Assembly (NCBI GenBank): GCA_951406725.2
Contig: OX597815.1
Location: 215,264,001 to 215,328,000, forward strand
DNA: 64,000 nucleotides
Direction: 5' to 3'
Source of the DNA: Octopus vulgaris
Taxonomy: Eukaryota
Shown one piece after another: positions 15,548-29,783 of this stretch. The notes under the pieces were generated by a model. It was not told the DNA's origin. It did not search any database and saw nothing but the letters and a program-made list of their open reading frames with translations. Both the position numbers and the translations under genes were made by a program. How positions within the stretch are numbered: position 1 is the stretch's first letter; each line of letters opens with the position of its first letter.

Positions 15548-17704
15548 GTAAGTTCGTTCAGTTTCTGGATACTATTTTCCGAAAGCATTAATTGATGCTG
15601 ATATATAAGCTCACAAACGTATAAAATGTCAGACTGCACCAAACCAAATCAATTCGAATTTGTAGAATGAACACGATTTAGGAAGATACAAAGAAAATAT
15701 GAGAGAGCGAGACAATGTGAAAGAAAGAGAGAGAATTTGAGAGAGAAAGTGAAATAATAGGAAAAATATAATGTTCCTTTATTGTAGTTGCTTTGTTTCA
15801 ATTCGCATCTCAATAACTCATTTTTGTTCCCAAAATTTCAATGATTTTCATATGAATTTGTATTAGAATTGGTAACGTTTGTGAGTTTACATGTTTGCAT
15901 CAAATATTTTTAGCTGAAGTATATGTGTATGTTCATATATAAGTGTAGTTCTGTGTGAAATGTGACTATATTATTCCTTTATTTTATATTTTGCATCCTC
16001 CTCCATTTCTTATTTCAATATTCTCCTTCGTGTTTCGATATTATCATTCAACTTCGAATTTTGTCATTCACTTCACGTTATTTATGTAATAGAGATACTG
16101 AAGTGGAAGCGGAAAATATATATACGAATAATATAGTCACATACATTCTATCTGTAAACCTGAAATACTTACTGTACTTGTAAGCTGGAATATTTGGCCT
16201 GATACAATTAAACTGTTGATATATTTCTTGTAAGCGTGTGTTTTCTAATATTCTTGTGACAATGAAGCGATATGAAATAAATAATCCCTCTCACCATATT
16301 TCCACAAGGGTGAGTGGGAATATGTGTGATGTGAGTGTGCATAGCGCATTCCGTCATTGATACTATGAATATAAGAATGTGTATGAGTGCATTTGAATAT
16401 GTTAATTTCTGATTCCGTATATTCCCTGATTTTTCAGCCATGTCTTCTTGCCCAAATTTTTCGCTCTATCCTTGAATTATTTCCTGATATTTTGAGAACA
16501 TTTTCAGTTTCGTCTTCAACACGATGATTTTCAATGTGTTGTCTTCTTCTTCATATTCTTCTTCTTCTTTTTTCTTCTTCTTCTTCTTCTTCTTCTTCTT
16601 CTTCTTCTTCTTCTTCTTCTTCTTTTTCTTCTTCTACTTCTTCTTCTACTTTCTACATATTCACCTACTTCTCCTTCTCCTCCTCCTCCTTTTCTTCTTC
16701 TTATCTTCTTCTTTTTGTTATTCTCATCCTCCTCCTCCTTCTTCTTCATCTTTTTTCTTCTTCCTCCTACTTCTTCTTCCCTCCATCCTCCTCCGCCTCC
16801 TTTTTCATTCTCTTCCTTCTTCTTCTTCTTCTTCTTCTTTTTTCTTCTTCTTCTTCTGTTTCCTATTTCTTCTTCTTCTTCTATTTCTTCTTCTTCTTCT
16901 TCTTCTTCTTCTTCTACTTCTCCTCCTATTTCTCCTCCTCCTCATTCTTCTTCTTCTTCTTCTTCTCCTTCTGCCTCCTCCTCCTCCTCCTCCTAGTTCT
17001 TCTTCTTCTTCGTCTTCTTGTAATTCTTCCTCTCCCCCTCCCCTTCCTCATCCTCCTTTTTCTTCTTCTTCTTCTTCTTCTTTTTCTTCTTCTTCTTCTA
17101 CTTTCTACTTCTACTTCTAATTCTCCTCCTCCTCCTCCTTCTTCTTATCTTCTTTGTTTGTTATTCTCTTCCTCCTTCTCCTCCTCCTTGTTCATCTTCT
17201 TCTTTTTCCTGCTGTTTCTCCTTCTTCTTCTTCTTCTTCTTCTTCTTCTTCTCCTTTCTCCTCCTCTTCTTTTCGTTATTCTCTTCTTCCTTTCCTTCCT
17301 CTTCTTATTCTTCTTCTCCTCACCCTCCTCCTCCTTCTTCTACTTCTTCCCTTTCTTCCTCCTCTTTTTAATCTTCTACAACTTCTTCTACTCTACCCTC
17401 TTCTCCTCCTCCTCCTATTTTCCTCCCCCTCCTACATCTCCTTACCCTCCCCCGTCCTCATCCTTCTTCTTCTCCTCCTCCAACTCATTCTTCTACTTCT
17501 TCTCCCCCTCTTCTTTCTCATTGTCTTATTTTTCCCCTTCCCCCTCCTCCCTTTCTTCTTTGTCTTCTTCTTCTCCTCAATCTCTTTCCTGTTCCTCTTC
17601 TTGTATTATTTTCCTATAATTTTGTCCCTTTTCATAAAGAACAATATTGAATATGTTATCGCAATTCACACAATGTCAATCTAAACAATTGTTTCCTGCT
17701 TCAG

Positions 17705-17776
17705 ATATCTTTTCAACAATAACATTTCAAGGATTGAAAAAGAAATGTTTCAAGGCCTTCACAGATTACAGGAATT
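17705..17776 (+). CDS. LRR cassette exon B1 (YLFNNNISRIEKEMFQGLHRLQEL)
   Basis: ctgcttcag|A...TT|gtaag, 72 nt, phase 2-2, typical 24-aa LRR. Confidence 0.9.
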
Positions 17777-18863
17777 GTAAGTTCATTCAATGTTGTCTTT
17801 TATACATGAGGAATATACTATGTCTTTAAATTTAATATCCCCTTATTTCCATGTTTTCTCACTCTCTATTACTGTAAATCATATTCAGTTCTCATTTTCG
17901 TGTCATATTTATTTGATTGAGTGTGAACACGTCAATTACTGTCAGTTGATAATTGTCTGCATAAAAATGTTATTCCTGAAAATATATATGTGTATGTTCA
18001 TATGTATGTATGATCTGCACTATTAATATAAGTTTTAGCTACTATTTTGTTACATATTGTTCTCTTGATTCTGTGGTGCCGTGTGGTTATTTATCCACAC
18101 TTCCAACGAAATAATTTTTTGTCATTGTTGTTTTTGTTCTTCTTCTTCTTGTAATTCTCTTCCTCCCCTCCCCCTCCATCTCCTCCTTTATCTTCTTTAT
18201 GTCCTTCTTCTTGCAATTCTCCTCCTACTCATCCTCCATTTTCTTCTATTTCTTTTTCTTCTTCTTCATCGTTTTCGTCTTCTTTTCATTTTCCTCTTTT
18301 TTCTTCCTCTTTTTCGTCGTCGTCTTCTTCTTCCTCTTCTTCTTCCTTTTCTTCATCTTCTTCTTTTTCTTCTGCTTCTTCTGCTTCCTCTTCTTCTTCT
18401 TCTGCATCTTCTTCTTCTTTTTCTTCTTTTTCTTCTCTGTACTTTTTTCTTCGTCACTGGTCTCCTTTTCCATTCTTTGCCAATTATTCCTCTTATTTTC
18501 ATTTTCCTGCTCTTCCTACTCCTTCTGCTGCTGCCCCCAACTGCCCCTCCTCAGTCATCAATTCCTTTGTCCTCCTCCTAACCTCCCCACCTCTCCTCCA
18601 CCTCCGCCTCTTCCATCTCCTCCTGAATACTCCTACTTCTACTTTTTCTTTTTCTTATTCTACTTCTTCATATTCTTCTTCTTCTTCTTCTTCTTCTTCT
18701 TCTTCTTCTTCTCTTCCTCCTTTCTTCTTCTACTTCTTCTTCTTCTTCTTCTTCTTCGTTATGTTTCTTCTATTTCTTCCTTTCATTCTGAAGTCACAGT
18801 GTTTGATATCGTATCACAAATATTTTCCATATAATCTATTTTACTCCTTCTTTACTGCTATAG

Positions 18864-18935
18864 AGGTCTTGGTGACAACAACATTGCAACCATCAAAGAA
18901 GGTACATTCACGGGTCTTTCGAATTTAAAGACATT
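18864..18935 (+). CDS. LRR cassette exon A2 (GLGDNNIATIKEGTFTGLSNLKTL)
   Basis: gctatag|A...TT|gtaag, 72 nt, phase 2-2. Confidence 0.9.
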
Positions 18936-20425
18936 GTAAGTTCGTTCAGTTTCTGGATACTATTTTCCGAAAGCATTAATTGATGCTGATATATAAGCTC
19001 ACAAACGTATAAAATGTCAGACTGCACCAAACCAAATCAATTCGAATTTGTAGAATGAACACGATTTAGGAAGATACAAAGAAAATATGAGAGAGCGAGA
19101 CAATGTGAAAGAAAGAGAGAGAATTTGAGAGAGAAAGTGAAATAATAGGAAAAATATAATGTTCCTTTATTGTAGTTGCTTTGTTTCAATTCGCATCTCA
19201 ATAACTCATTTTTGTTCCCAAAATTTCAATGATTTTCATATGAATTTGTATTAGAATTGGTAACGTTTGTGAGTTTACATGTTTGCATCAAATATTTTTA
19301 GCTGAAGTATATGTGTATGTTCATATATAAGTGTAGTTCTGTGTGAAATGTGACTATATTATTCCTTTATTTTATATTTTGCATCCTCCTCCATTTCTTA
19401 TTTCAATATTCTCCTTCGTGTTTCGATATTATCATTCAACTTCGAATTTTGTCATTCACTTCACGTTATTTATGTAATAGAGATACTGAAGTGGAAGCGG
19501 AAAATATATATACGAATAATATAGTCACATACATTCTATCTGTAAACCTGAAATACTTACTGTACTTGTAAGCTGGAATATTTGGCCTGATACAATTAAA
19601 CTGCTGATATATTTCTTGTAAGCGTGTGTTTTCTAAAATTTTGTGACAATGAAGCGATATGAAATAAATAATCTCTCTCACCATATTTCCACAAGGGTGA
19701 GTGGGAATATGTGTGATGTGAGTGTGCATAGCGCATTCCGTCGTTGATACTATGAATATAATGTGCATGAGTGCATTTCTGATGTTGATTTCTGATTCCG
19801 TATATTCCCTGATTTTTCAGCCATGTCTTCTCGCCCAAATTTTTCGCTCTATCCTTGAATTATTTCCTGATATTTTGAGAACATTTTCAGTTTCGTCTTG
19901 AACACCCCCTCCCCCTCCTGTTTTTTTCTTCTTCATATTCTTCTTCTTCTTCTTCTACGTCTTCTTCTTCTTCTTTTTTCTTCTTCTTCTTCTTCTTCTT
20001 CTTCTGCTTCTTCTTCCTTTTCCTCTTCTTCTTCTCCTTTTTCTTCCTCTTCTTTTTCTTCCACTTCTTCTTCGTCTCTTCCCCCTCCTCCGCCTCTTTT
20101 TAATCTTCATCACCCTTCTTCATCTACTCTTCCCTCTAGTCCTCCTCCTCCTCCTCCTATTTTCCTCCCCCTCCTACATATCCTTGTCCTTCTCCGTCCT
20201 CAAACTTCTTCTTCTCCTAACCTCCTCCTCGTCCTCTAACTGCTCCTTCTTCTACTTCTCTCCCCCTCCTCTTCTTCCTTGTCTTATTCTTTTCCTCAAT
20301 CTCTTTCCTGTTCCTCTTCTTGTATTATTTTCCTATAAATTTGTCCCTTTTCATAAAGAACAATATTGAATATGTTATCGCAATTCACGCTATGTCAATC
20401 TAACCAATATTTTTTCCTGCTTCAG

Positions 20426-20497
20426 ATCTCTTCGCAACAATAAAATTTCAAGGATTGAAAAAGAGATGTTTGAAGGCCTTCACAACTTAGAGATATT
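20426..20497 (+). CDS. LRR cassette exon B2 (SLRNNKISRIEKEMFEGLHNLEIL)
   Basis: ctgcttcag|A...TT|gtaag, 72 nt, phase 2-2. Confidence 0.9.
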
Positions 20498-22079
20498 GTA
20501 AGTTCTTTCAAAGTTGTCGTTTATACATGAGGAATATTTAATATCTTTAAATTTAATATCCCCTAATTTCCATATTTTCTCACTCTCTATTACTGTAAAT
20601 CATATTCAGTTCTCATATTCGTGTTATATTTATTTGATTGAGTGTGAACATGTCAATTACTGTCAGTTGATAATTGTCTGCATAAAAATGTTATTCCTGA
20701 AAATATATATGTGTATGTTCATATGTATGTATGTATCTGCACTATTAATATAAGTTTTAGCTCCTATTTTCTTACTCATTGTTTTCTTGATTCTGTGGTG
20801 CCGTGTGGTTATTTATCCACACTTCCAACGAAATAATTTTTTGTCATTGTTGTTGTAGTTTTTGTTCTTCTTCATCTTCTTCTACTTCTTCTTCTTCTTT
20901 TTCTTCTCCTTCTCCTTCTTTTCCTTTTCTTCTTCTTCTTCTTCTTGACCTCCTACTCCTTCTCCTCCTTTTACTTCTTCTTCTTCTATTTCTTCTTTTT
21001 GTTCTTTTTGTTCTCCTTCTTCTTTTCCTTCTTCTTTTTCTTTTCTTCTTCTTCTTCTTCTTCTCTTCTCCTTCTTTTCCTTTTCTCCTTCTTCTTCTTC
21101 TTCTTCTTCTTCTACTTCTTCTTCTTCTCGTCCTTCTTTTCTTCTTCTTCTTCTTCTTCTTCTTCTTCTTCTTCTTCTTCTTCTTCTTCTTCTTCTTCTT
21201 CTTGGCCTCCTACTCCTTCTCCTCCTTTTACTTCTTCTTCTTCTATTTCTTCTTTTTGTTCTTTTTGTTCTCCTTCTTCTTTTCCTTCTTCTTTTTCTTT
21301 TCTTCTTCTTCTTCTTCTTCTTCTCTCCTTCTTTTCCTTTTCTCCTTCTTCTTCTTCTTCTTCTTCTTCTTCTTCTTCTTCTTCTTTTTCTTCTTCTTCT
21401 TCTTCTTCTTCTTCTTCTCCTTCTCCTTCTTTTCCTTTTCTTCTTCTTCTTCTTCTTCTTCTTCTTCTTCTTCTTCTTCTTCTTCTTCTACTTCTCCTCC
21501 TTCTCCTCCTTCTACTTCTTCTTCTTCTATTTCTTCTTTTTGTTCTTTTTGTTCTTCTTCTTCTTCTTCTTCTTCTTCTTCTTCTTCTTCTTCTTCTTCT
21601 TCTTCTTCTTTTTCTTCTTCTTCTTCTTCTTCTTCTTCTTCTTCTTCTTCTTCTTCTTCTTCTTCTTCTTCTTCTTCTTCTTCTTCTTCTTCTTCTTCTT
21701 CTTTTTCGTCTTCTTCTTCGAGTTCTTATTCTTCTTCTTCCCCGTCTTCTTCTTCTTCTACATCTTCTTCTTCTTCTTCTTCTTCTTCTTCTTCTTCTTC
21801 TTCTTCTTCTTCTTCTTCTTCTTTTTCTTCTTCTTCTTCTTCTTCTTCTTCTACATCTTCTTCTTCTTCTTCTTCTTCTTCTTCTTCTTCTTCTTCTTTT
21901 TCGTCTTCTTCTTCGAGTTCTTATTCTTCTTCCCCGTCTTCTTCTTCTTCTACATCCTCTTCCTCTTCTTCTTCTTCTTCTTCTTTTTCGTCTTCTTCTT
22001 CTTCTTCTTCTTTTTCTTCTTCTTCTTCTTTTTCGTCTTCTTCTTCTTCTTCTTCTTCTTCTTTTTCTTCTTCTTCTTC

Positions 22080-22111
<32 letters not shown>

Positions 22112-23849
22112 CTTTCGTTCTCCTTCTTCTTCTTCTTCTTCATCTCCTTCTACTTCTCCTTCTTCTTCTTCTTCTTCTTCTTCGTCTTTTTCTTCTTCTT
22201 CTTCTTCTTCTTCTTCTTCTTCTTCTTCTTCTTCTTCTGCCTCCTTCCTGCGCCTCCTCCTCCTTCTTTTTCTTCTTCTTCTCCTTCTTTATCTTCTTCT
22301 TCTTCTTCTTCTTCTTCGTCTTCTTCTGCTTCTTCTTTTCTTCTATTCTTCTTGTTCTCCTCCTCCCTCTACCCCTTCATCTTTTCTTTTTCTAATGTTT
22401 TCTCTTCTCCTCCTTCTTCTTCATTTTCTCATTGTAATTCTCTTCCCAATGCTCCTCCTTTTTCTTCTTGTAATTCTCGTCCTCCCCTCCCCGTATCCCC
22501 TCCTTCTTTTTTCTTCTTCTTCTTCTTCTCTTCTTCTTCTTCGTCTGCTTCTCCTTCTTCTTCTTCTTCTACTTCTCCTTGTCTTTCTCCCTCTTTATTT
22601 TCTTCTCCTTCTTTTACTTCTTTTTGTCTTCTTCTACTTCTTCTTTTTCTTGTCCTTCTTCTTCTTCTTCTTCTTCTTCTTCTTCTTCTTCTTCTTCTTC
22701 TCCTCCTTCTTCTTCTTCTTCTTCTTCTTCTTCTCCTTCTTCTTCTTCTTCTTCTCCTCCCCGTCTTCCTTCTTCTTTTTCTTTTTCTTATTCTTCTCTT
22801 TCATCTTTCTTCATTTTTCTTCTTCTACTTCTTCTCTTCTAAATTTTACTTCTTAACTTCTTATCCTCCTCCTCCTCTTTCTTCTATTTATCTTCTTTTT
22901 GTTATTCTCTTCCTCCACCTCCACCTCCTCCTTCTTCTACTTCTTTTTTCTTCTTCTTCTTCTTCTTCTTCTTCTTCTTCTTCTTCCTTCTTCCTTCTTC
23001 TTCTTTTCTTCTCCTTCTACTTCTTCGTCTTCTTTTTGTTCCTATTCTTCTTCTTCTTCTTCTTCTTCTTCTACTACTACTTCTAATTCTACTTCTTCTA
23101 CTCTCCCTTCTTCTTCTTCTTCGTTTTCTTCGTCTTCTTCTTCTCCTCCACCTCCTCCTTCTTCTTCTTCTTCTTCTTCTTCTTCTTCTTCTTCTTCTTG
23201 TAATTCTTCCTCTCCCATTCCCCCTCCTCATCCTCCTACTTTTTCTTCTTCTTCATTTTCTTCTCTTACTTCTACTTTCTACTTCTTCACCTACTTCTCC
23301 TCCTCCTCCTCCACCTCGTTCTTCTTCTTGTCTTCTTTTTTTGTTATTCTCTTCCTTCTTCTCCTTTTCCACCTCCTTCTTCATCTCCTTCTTCTTTTTT
23401 CTCCATCTTCTTCTCATTTTTCCTCTGGTACTTCTTTTTGTTCTTCTTCTTTTCCTTCCGCTTCTTCTTCGTCTCATCACTCTCCTCCTCCTCTTTTTAA
23501 TAATTTACATCTTTTTCTTCTACTCTACCCTCTGCTCCTCCTCCTATTTCCCCCACCCCTCCTGCATCTCCTTGTCCTCCCCCGTCCTCATCCTTGTTTT
23601 ATTCCTCCCCTCCTCCTCCTCCAAATCATCCTTCTTCTACTTCTTCTACACCATCCTCTTCTTCCTTGTCTTCTACTTTTCTCCTTCCCCTCCACCCCTT
23701 CTTTGGCTTCTTCTTCTCCTCATTCTCTTTCCTGTTACTCTTCTTGTATTATTTTCCTATAATTTTGTCCCTTTTCATAAAGAACAATATTGAATATGTT
23801 ATCGCAATTCATGCTATGTCAATCTAACCAATATTGTTTCCTGCTTCAG

Positions 23850-23921
23850 ATCTCTTACATCCAATAAAATTTCAAGGATTGAAAAAGAGATGTTTGAAGG
23901 CCTTCACAACTTAGAGATATT
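23850..23921 (+). CDS. LRR cassette exon B3 (SLTSNKISRIEKEMFEGLHNLEIL)
   Basis: ctgcttcag|A...TT|gtaag, 72 nt, phase 2-2. Confidence 0.9.
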
Positions 23922-24701
23922 GTAAGTTCTTTCAAAGTTGTCGTTTATACACGAGGAATATTCAATATCATTAAATTTAATATCCCCTTATTTCCATATT
24001 TTCTCACTCTCTATTACTGCAAATCATATTCAGTTGTCATATTCGTGTTATATTTATTTGATTGAGTGTGAACATGTCAATTACTGTCAGTTGATAATTG
24101 TCTGCATAAAAATGTTATTCCTGAAAATATATATGTGTATGTTCATATGTATGCATGTATCTGCACTATTAATATAAGTTTTAGCTACTATTTTGTTACA
24201 CATTGTTCTGTTGATTCTGTGGTGCCGTGTGGTTATTTATCCACACTTCCACCGAAATAAATTTTTTGTTATTGTTGTTGTAGTTTTTGTTCTTCTTCTT
24301 CTTCTTCTTCTTCTTCTTCTTCTCCTTCACCTTCTTTTCCTTTCCTTCTTCTTTGCCTCCTCCTCCTCCTCCTCCTTCTTCTTCATCTTCTTCTCCTCCT
24401 CCTTCTTCTTCATCTTTTCTTCTACCCCTTCGACTCCTCTTCATCCTTCTTCTTCTTCTTCTTCTTCTCCTTCTTCTTCTTCTTCTTCTCCTTCTTCTTC
24501 TTCTCCTTCTCCTTCTTCTTCTTCTAACCCTTCTTTTTTTCTTCTTCTCCTCCTTCTCCTTCTTCTTCTTTATCTTATTCTTCTTCTTCTTCTTCGTTAT
24601 CTTTCTTCTTTTTCTTCCTTTCATTCTGAAGTCACAGTGTTTGATGTTGTATCACAATTATTTTCCATATAATCTACTTTACTCTTTCTTTACTGCTTTA
24701 G

Positions 24702-24770
24702 AAATCTACAATGGAACAACATTGCAACCATCAAAGGTGTATTCACGGGGCTTTCGAATTTAAAGACATT
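24702..24770 (+). CDS. LRR cassette exon A3 (NLQWNNIATIK-GVFTGLSNLKTL), 69 nt
   Basis: gctttag|A...TT|gtaag; in-frame loss of one codon (GAA) relative to the other A exons. Confidence 0.88.
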
Positions 24771-26199
24771 GTAAGTTCGTTCAGTTTCTGGATACTAATT
24801 TCTGAAAGTAATAATTGATGCTGATATATAAGCTCACAAACGTATAAAATTTCAGACTGCACCAAACAAAATCAATTCGAATTTGTAGCATGAACACGCT
24901 TTAGGAAGATACAAGTAGAATAGGAGAGAGCGAGACAATGTGAAAGAAGAATTTGAGAGAGAAAGTGAATTAATAGGAAAAAATAATGTTCCTTTATTGT
25001 AGCTGCTTTGTTTCAATTCGCATCTCAATAACTCATTTTTGATTCCCCAAATTTCAATGATTTTGATATGAATTTGTATTAGAAATGGTAACGTTTGTGA
25101 GTTTATATGTTTGCATCAAATATTTTTAGCTGAAGTATGTGTGTATGTTCATATATAAGTGTAGTTCTGTGTGAAATGTGACTATATTATTCCATTATTT
25201 TATATTTTGCCTCCTCCTCCATTTCTTATTTCAATATTCTCCTTCGTGTTTCGATATTATCATTCAACTTTGAATTTTGTCATTCACTTCACGTTATTTA
25301 TGTAATAGAGCAACTGAAGTGGAAGCGGAAAATATATACTCGAATAATATAGTCACATACATTCTATCTGTATACTTACTGTACTTGTAAGCTGGAATAT
25401 TTGGTCTGATACAATTAAACTGTTGATATATTTCTTGTAAGCGTGTGTTTTCTAAAATTTTGTGACAATAGCGATATGAAATAAATAATCTTTCTCAGCA
25501 TATTTCCACGAGGGTAAGTTGGAATATATGTGATGTGAGTGTGCATAGCGCATTCCGTCGTTGATACTATGAATATAAGAATGCGTATTAGTGCATTTGA
25601 ATATGTTGATTTCTGATTCCTTATATTCCCTGATTTTTCAGCCATGTCTTCTTGCCCAAATTTTTCGCTCTATCCTTGAATTATTTCCTGATATTTTAAG
25701 AACATTTTCAGTTTCGTCTTCAACACGATGATTTTCAATGTGTTTTCTTCTTCTTCTTCTTCTTCTACGTCTTCTTCTTCTTTTTTCTTCTTCTTCTTCT
25801 TCTTCTTCTGTTGCTGCTTCTTCTACTTCTTCTTCTTCTTCTTCTACTTCTTCTCCTTCCTCTTCTTCTTCTTCTTCTTCTTCTTCTTCTTCTTCTTCTT
25901 CTTCTTCTACTTTTTCTTTTCTTCTTCTTTTTCTTCTCCTTCTCCTCACCCTACTTCTCCTTCTTCTACTTCTTCTTTTCCCTCCTCCTGTTTTTTAATC
26001 TTCTACACCTTCTTCAGCTCTACTCTCTGATCCTCCTCCTCCTCTTTTTCTAATTCTTCTTGTTCTTCTCTTAATTCTTCTTCTCCTCCTTCATCTCCTT
26101 CTCCTTCTTCTTCTTCTCCTTCTTCTCCTTCTACGTCTCCTCCTCGTCTTCCTCCATCTTTTTCTTTTCCTTCTTCTCTTTCTATAACTTCTTTTTCTT

Positions 26200-26230
<31 letters not shown>

Positions 26231-26596
26231 TCCTACTTCTTCTTCCTCTTCACTCTACTCCCCCTCCTTTTTCCTCCTCTGCCTTCTTCTACTTCTTCTT
26301 TTTCTTCTTCTTACTACTTTTTTTTCTTCCTATTCTCCTTCTTTTACTTCTACTCCTCATACTTCTTCCTCTTCTCTTCCTCTTTCTCCTTCTTCTACCT
26401 CTTCTTCTTCTTCTTCTTCCTCCTTCTCTTTCTTCTTCTTCTTCTTCTTCTTCTTCTTCTTCTTCTTCTTCTTCTTCTACTTCTTCTCCTTCTTCTTTTC
26501 TTCTTCTATTTCTCCTCCTTGTCTTCCTCTTTTTTTCTTTTTTCTTCTTCTTCTCTTTCTTCTACTTCATTTTCTTCCACTTCTTCTTTTTCTTCC

Positions 26597-26627
<31 letters not shown>

Positions 26628-27167
26628 CTTCTTCTTCTTCTACTTTCTATTCTTCATCTACTTCTCCTCCTACTTCTCTTTCCTCTTCTAACCTCCTTTT
26701 TGTTATTCTCCTCCTTTTCCACATACTCCTCATTCTTCTTCTTCTTCTTCTTCTTCTTCTTCTTCTTCTTCTTCTTCTTCTTCTTCTTCTTCTTCTTCTT
26801 CTTCTTCTTCTTCTTCTGTTGCTGCTTCTTCTTTCCTCTTCTAACCTCCTTTTCCACATTCTCCTCCTTTTCCACTTCTTCTTCTTCCTCTTCTTCTTCT
26901 CTTCTTCTTCTTCTTCTTCTTCTTCTTCTTCCCTCTTCTTTTTCTTCTTCTTATCCTCCTCCTCCTCCTCAGACTTTTTCTTCTTCTTCTTCTTTCTCTT
27001 CTTCTTCTTCTTCTTCTTCTTTCTCTTCTTCTTCTTCTTCTTCTTCTTCTTCTTCTTCTACGTTATCTTTCTTCTTTATCTTCCTTTCATTCTGAAGTCA
27101 CAGTGTTTGATGTCGTATCCGAAATATTTTCCATATAATCTATTTTACTCTTTCTTTACTGCTATAG

Positions 27168-27239
27168 AGATCTTGGTTACAACAATATTGCAAACATCAA
27201 AGAAGGTACATTCACGGGGCTTCCGAATTTAAACTACTT
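27168..27239 (+). CDS. LRR cassette exon A4 (DLGYNNIANIKEGTFTGLPNLNYL)
   Basis: gctatag|A...TT|gtaag, 72 nt, phase 2-2. Confidence 0.9.
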
Positions 27240-27547
27240 GTAAGTTCGTTCAATTTCTTGATACTATTATCCGAGAGTAATAATTGATAATGATATATAA
27301 GCTCACAAATGTATAAAATTTCAGACTACTTCTTCTTCTTCTTTTTTTCCTTCTTCTTCTTCTTCTTCTTCTTCTTCTTCTTCTTCTTCTTCTTCATATT
27401 ATTCTTCTCCTACTTCTTCCTCTTCTACTTCTCCTCCTCGTCATCCTCCATCTTTTTTTTTCTTCTCTTTCTACAACATTTTTTTAACTTATTTTTTTTC
27501 TTCTTTTTCTTCTACTCTCCTTCTTCTTTTTCTTCTTCTTTTTCTTC

Positions 27548-27579
<32 letters not shown>

Positions 27580-28050
27580 CTTCTTCTTCTTCTTCTTCTT
27601 CTCCTTCTTTCCTTCTTCTTCTTCTTCTTCTTCTACTTCTCCTCGTCTTCCACCTTCTTTTTCTTTTTCTTCTTCTCCTTTTTCTTCATTACTTCTACTT
27701 CTTTTTCTTCTTCAATTTTCTAATTCTTCATCTACAGCTCCTATTCCTCCTCCTTCTTCTTCTCATCTTCTTCTTTTTGTTTTTGTCCTCAGCCTCCACA
27801 TCCTCCTTATCCTTCTTCTTCTTCTTCTTCTTCTTCTTCTTCTTCTTCTTCTTCTTCTTCTTCTTCTCCTTCTTCTTTTTCTTCTACTTTTTCGACTCCT
27901 CTTCATCCTTCTTCGTCTTCTTCTTCTTCTTCTTCTTCTTCTTCGTTATGTTTCTTCTTTTTCTTCCTTTCATTCTGAAGTCACAGTGTTTGATGTCGTA
28001 TCGCAAATATTTTCTATATAATCTACTTTACTCTTTCTTTACTGCTATAG

Positions 28051-28122
28051 AGATCTGCAATGGAACAACATTGCAACCTTCGAAGAAGGTGTATTCACAG
28101 GGCTTTCGAATTTAAAGACATT
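28051..28122 (+). CDS. LRR cassette exon A5 (DLQWNNIATFEEGVFTGLSNLKTL)
   Basis: gctatag|A...TT|gtaag, 72 nt, phase 2-2. Confidence 0.9.
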
Positions 28123-29711
28123 GTAAGTTCGTTCAGTTTCTTGATTCTATTTTCCGAAAGCATTACCCTCTGCTCCTCCTCCTCCTCTTTTTCTTCTTCT
28201 AATTCTTCTTCTTCTCATTCTTTTTCTCCTTCTTCTTCTCCTTCTTCTTCTTCTTCTTCTTCTACTTCTCCTCCTCGTTTTCCTCCATCTTTTTCTTTTA
28301 TTCTTCTCTGTCTACTACTTCTTTTTCTTCTTCTTTTTCTTCTTCCCCTTCATTCTCCTCCTTCTCCATTTTTCTCCTCTTCCTTCATCTTCTTTTTTTT
28401 TCTTCTTTTTCTTCTACCTCTCCTCCTTCTTCCTATTCTTCTTCTTCTTCTTCTTCTACTTGTTATTCTTCTTCTCCTTCTTCTCCTTCTCCTTCTTCTT
28501 CTACTTCTCCTCCTCGTCTTCGTCCTTCTTTTTCTTTTTCTTCTTCTTCTCTTTCTTCTACTTCATTTTTCTTCTTCTGCTTCTTCTTCTTTTTCTTCTT
28601 CTTCTCCTTCTTCTTCTTCTTCTTCTTCTTCTACTTTCTATTTTTCACCTTCTTCTTTTCCTCCTCCTCTTTCTTCTTCTCATCTTCTTTTTGCTATTCT
28701 CCTCCTCCTCCACATCCTCCTCCTTCTTCATCTTTTTCTTTTCTTTTTACTTCTTTCCCTTCATCCTCCTCCTCCTCCTTTTGCCTCCTCTTCCTTCTTC
28801 TTGTTCTTGTTCTTCTTCCTATTCTTCTTCTTGTTCTTGTTCTTGTTCTTGTTCTTCTACTTTTTCTTCTTCTGTTTCTCCTCCTCATTTTTCTTCTTCT
28901 TCTCCTCCTCCTCCTCCATCGTCTTCTTCTTCTTCTTGTAATTCTTCCTTTCCACCTGCCCCTCCTCATTTTTCTTCTTCTTCTTTTTCTCCTCCTACTT
29001 CTACATTCTACTTCTTGTTCTCTTCCTCCTTCTTCCTCTCCTTCTTCTTCTTTTTGCTGTTCTTTTTTTTATTGTAATGCTCCTCCTCCCCCTCCCACGT
29101 CCATCTCCTTTTCATTCTTCATCTTCTTCATCCCTCGTCATCCTCCTTCTTTTTCTTTTTCTTCTTTTTCTTCCTCTTGTTCTTCTTTCTCCTAACCCTC
29201 CTCCTCTTTCTTCTACTTCTAGTTTTTCTTCCTCTTGTTTTTAATATTCTACCTCTTGTACTCAACGCTCTTCTTCTCTTTTTTCTTCTTCTTCTTTTCC
29301 TTCCTCTTCTTCTTCTCCTCACCCTCATCCTTCTACTTCCTCTTTTTCTTCCTCCTCTTTTTAATCTTCTACATCTTCTTCTTCTAGTCTACTCTCTGCT
29401 CCTCCTTCTATTTTCCTCCCCCTCCAGCATCTTCTGGTCCTCTTCCGTCTTCAACCTTCTTCTTCGCCATCCTCCTCCTCCTCCTCCTCCAACTCCTCCT
29501 TTTTCTACCTCTTCTCCCCCTCCTCTTCCTCCTTGTCTTCTTTTCTCCTTCCCCTCCTCCTCTTCTTCTTTGTCTTCTTCTTCTCCTCAATCTCTTTCCT
29601 GTTCCTCTTGTATTATTTTCCTATAATTTTGTCCCATTTCATAAAGAACAATATTGAATATGTTATCGCAATTCACACTATGTCAATCTAAACAATTGTT
29701 TCCTGCTTCAG

Positions 29712-29783
29712 ATATCTTTTCAACAATAACATTTCAAGGATTGAAAAAGAAATGTTTCAAGGCCTTCACAGCTTACAGAAATT
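29712..29783 (+). CDS. LRR cassette exon B4 (YLFNNNISRIEKEMFQGLHSLQKL)
   Basis: ctgcttcag|A...TT|gtaag, 72 nt, phase 2-2. Confidence 0.9.
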
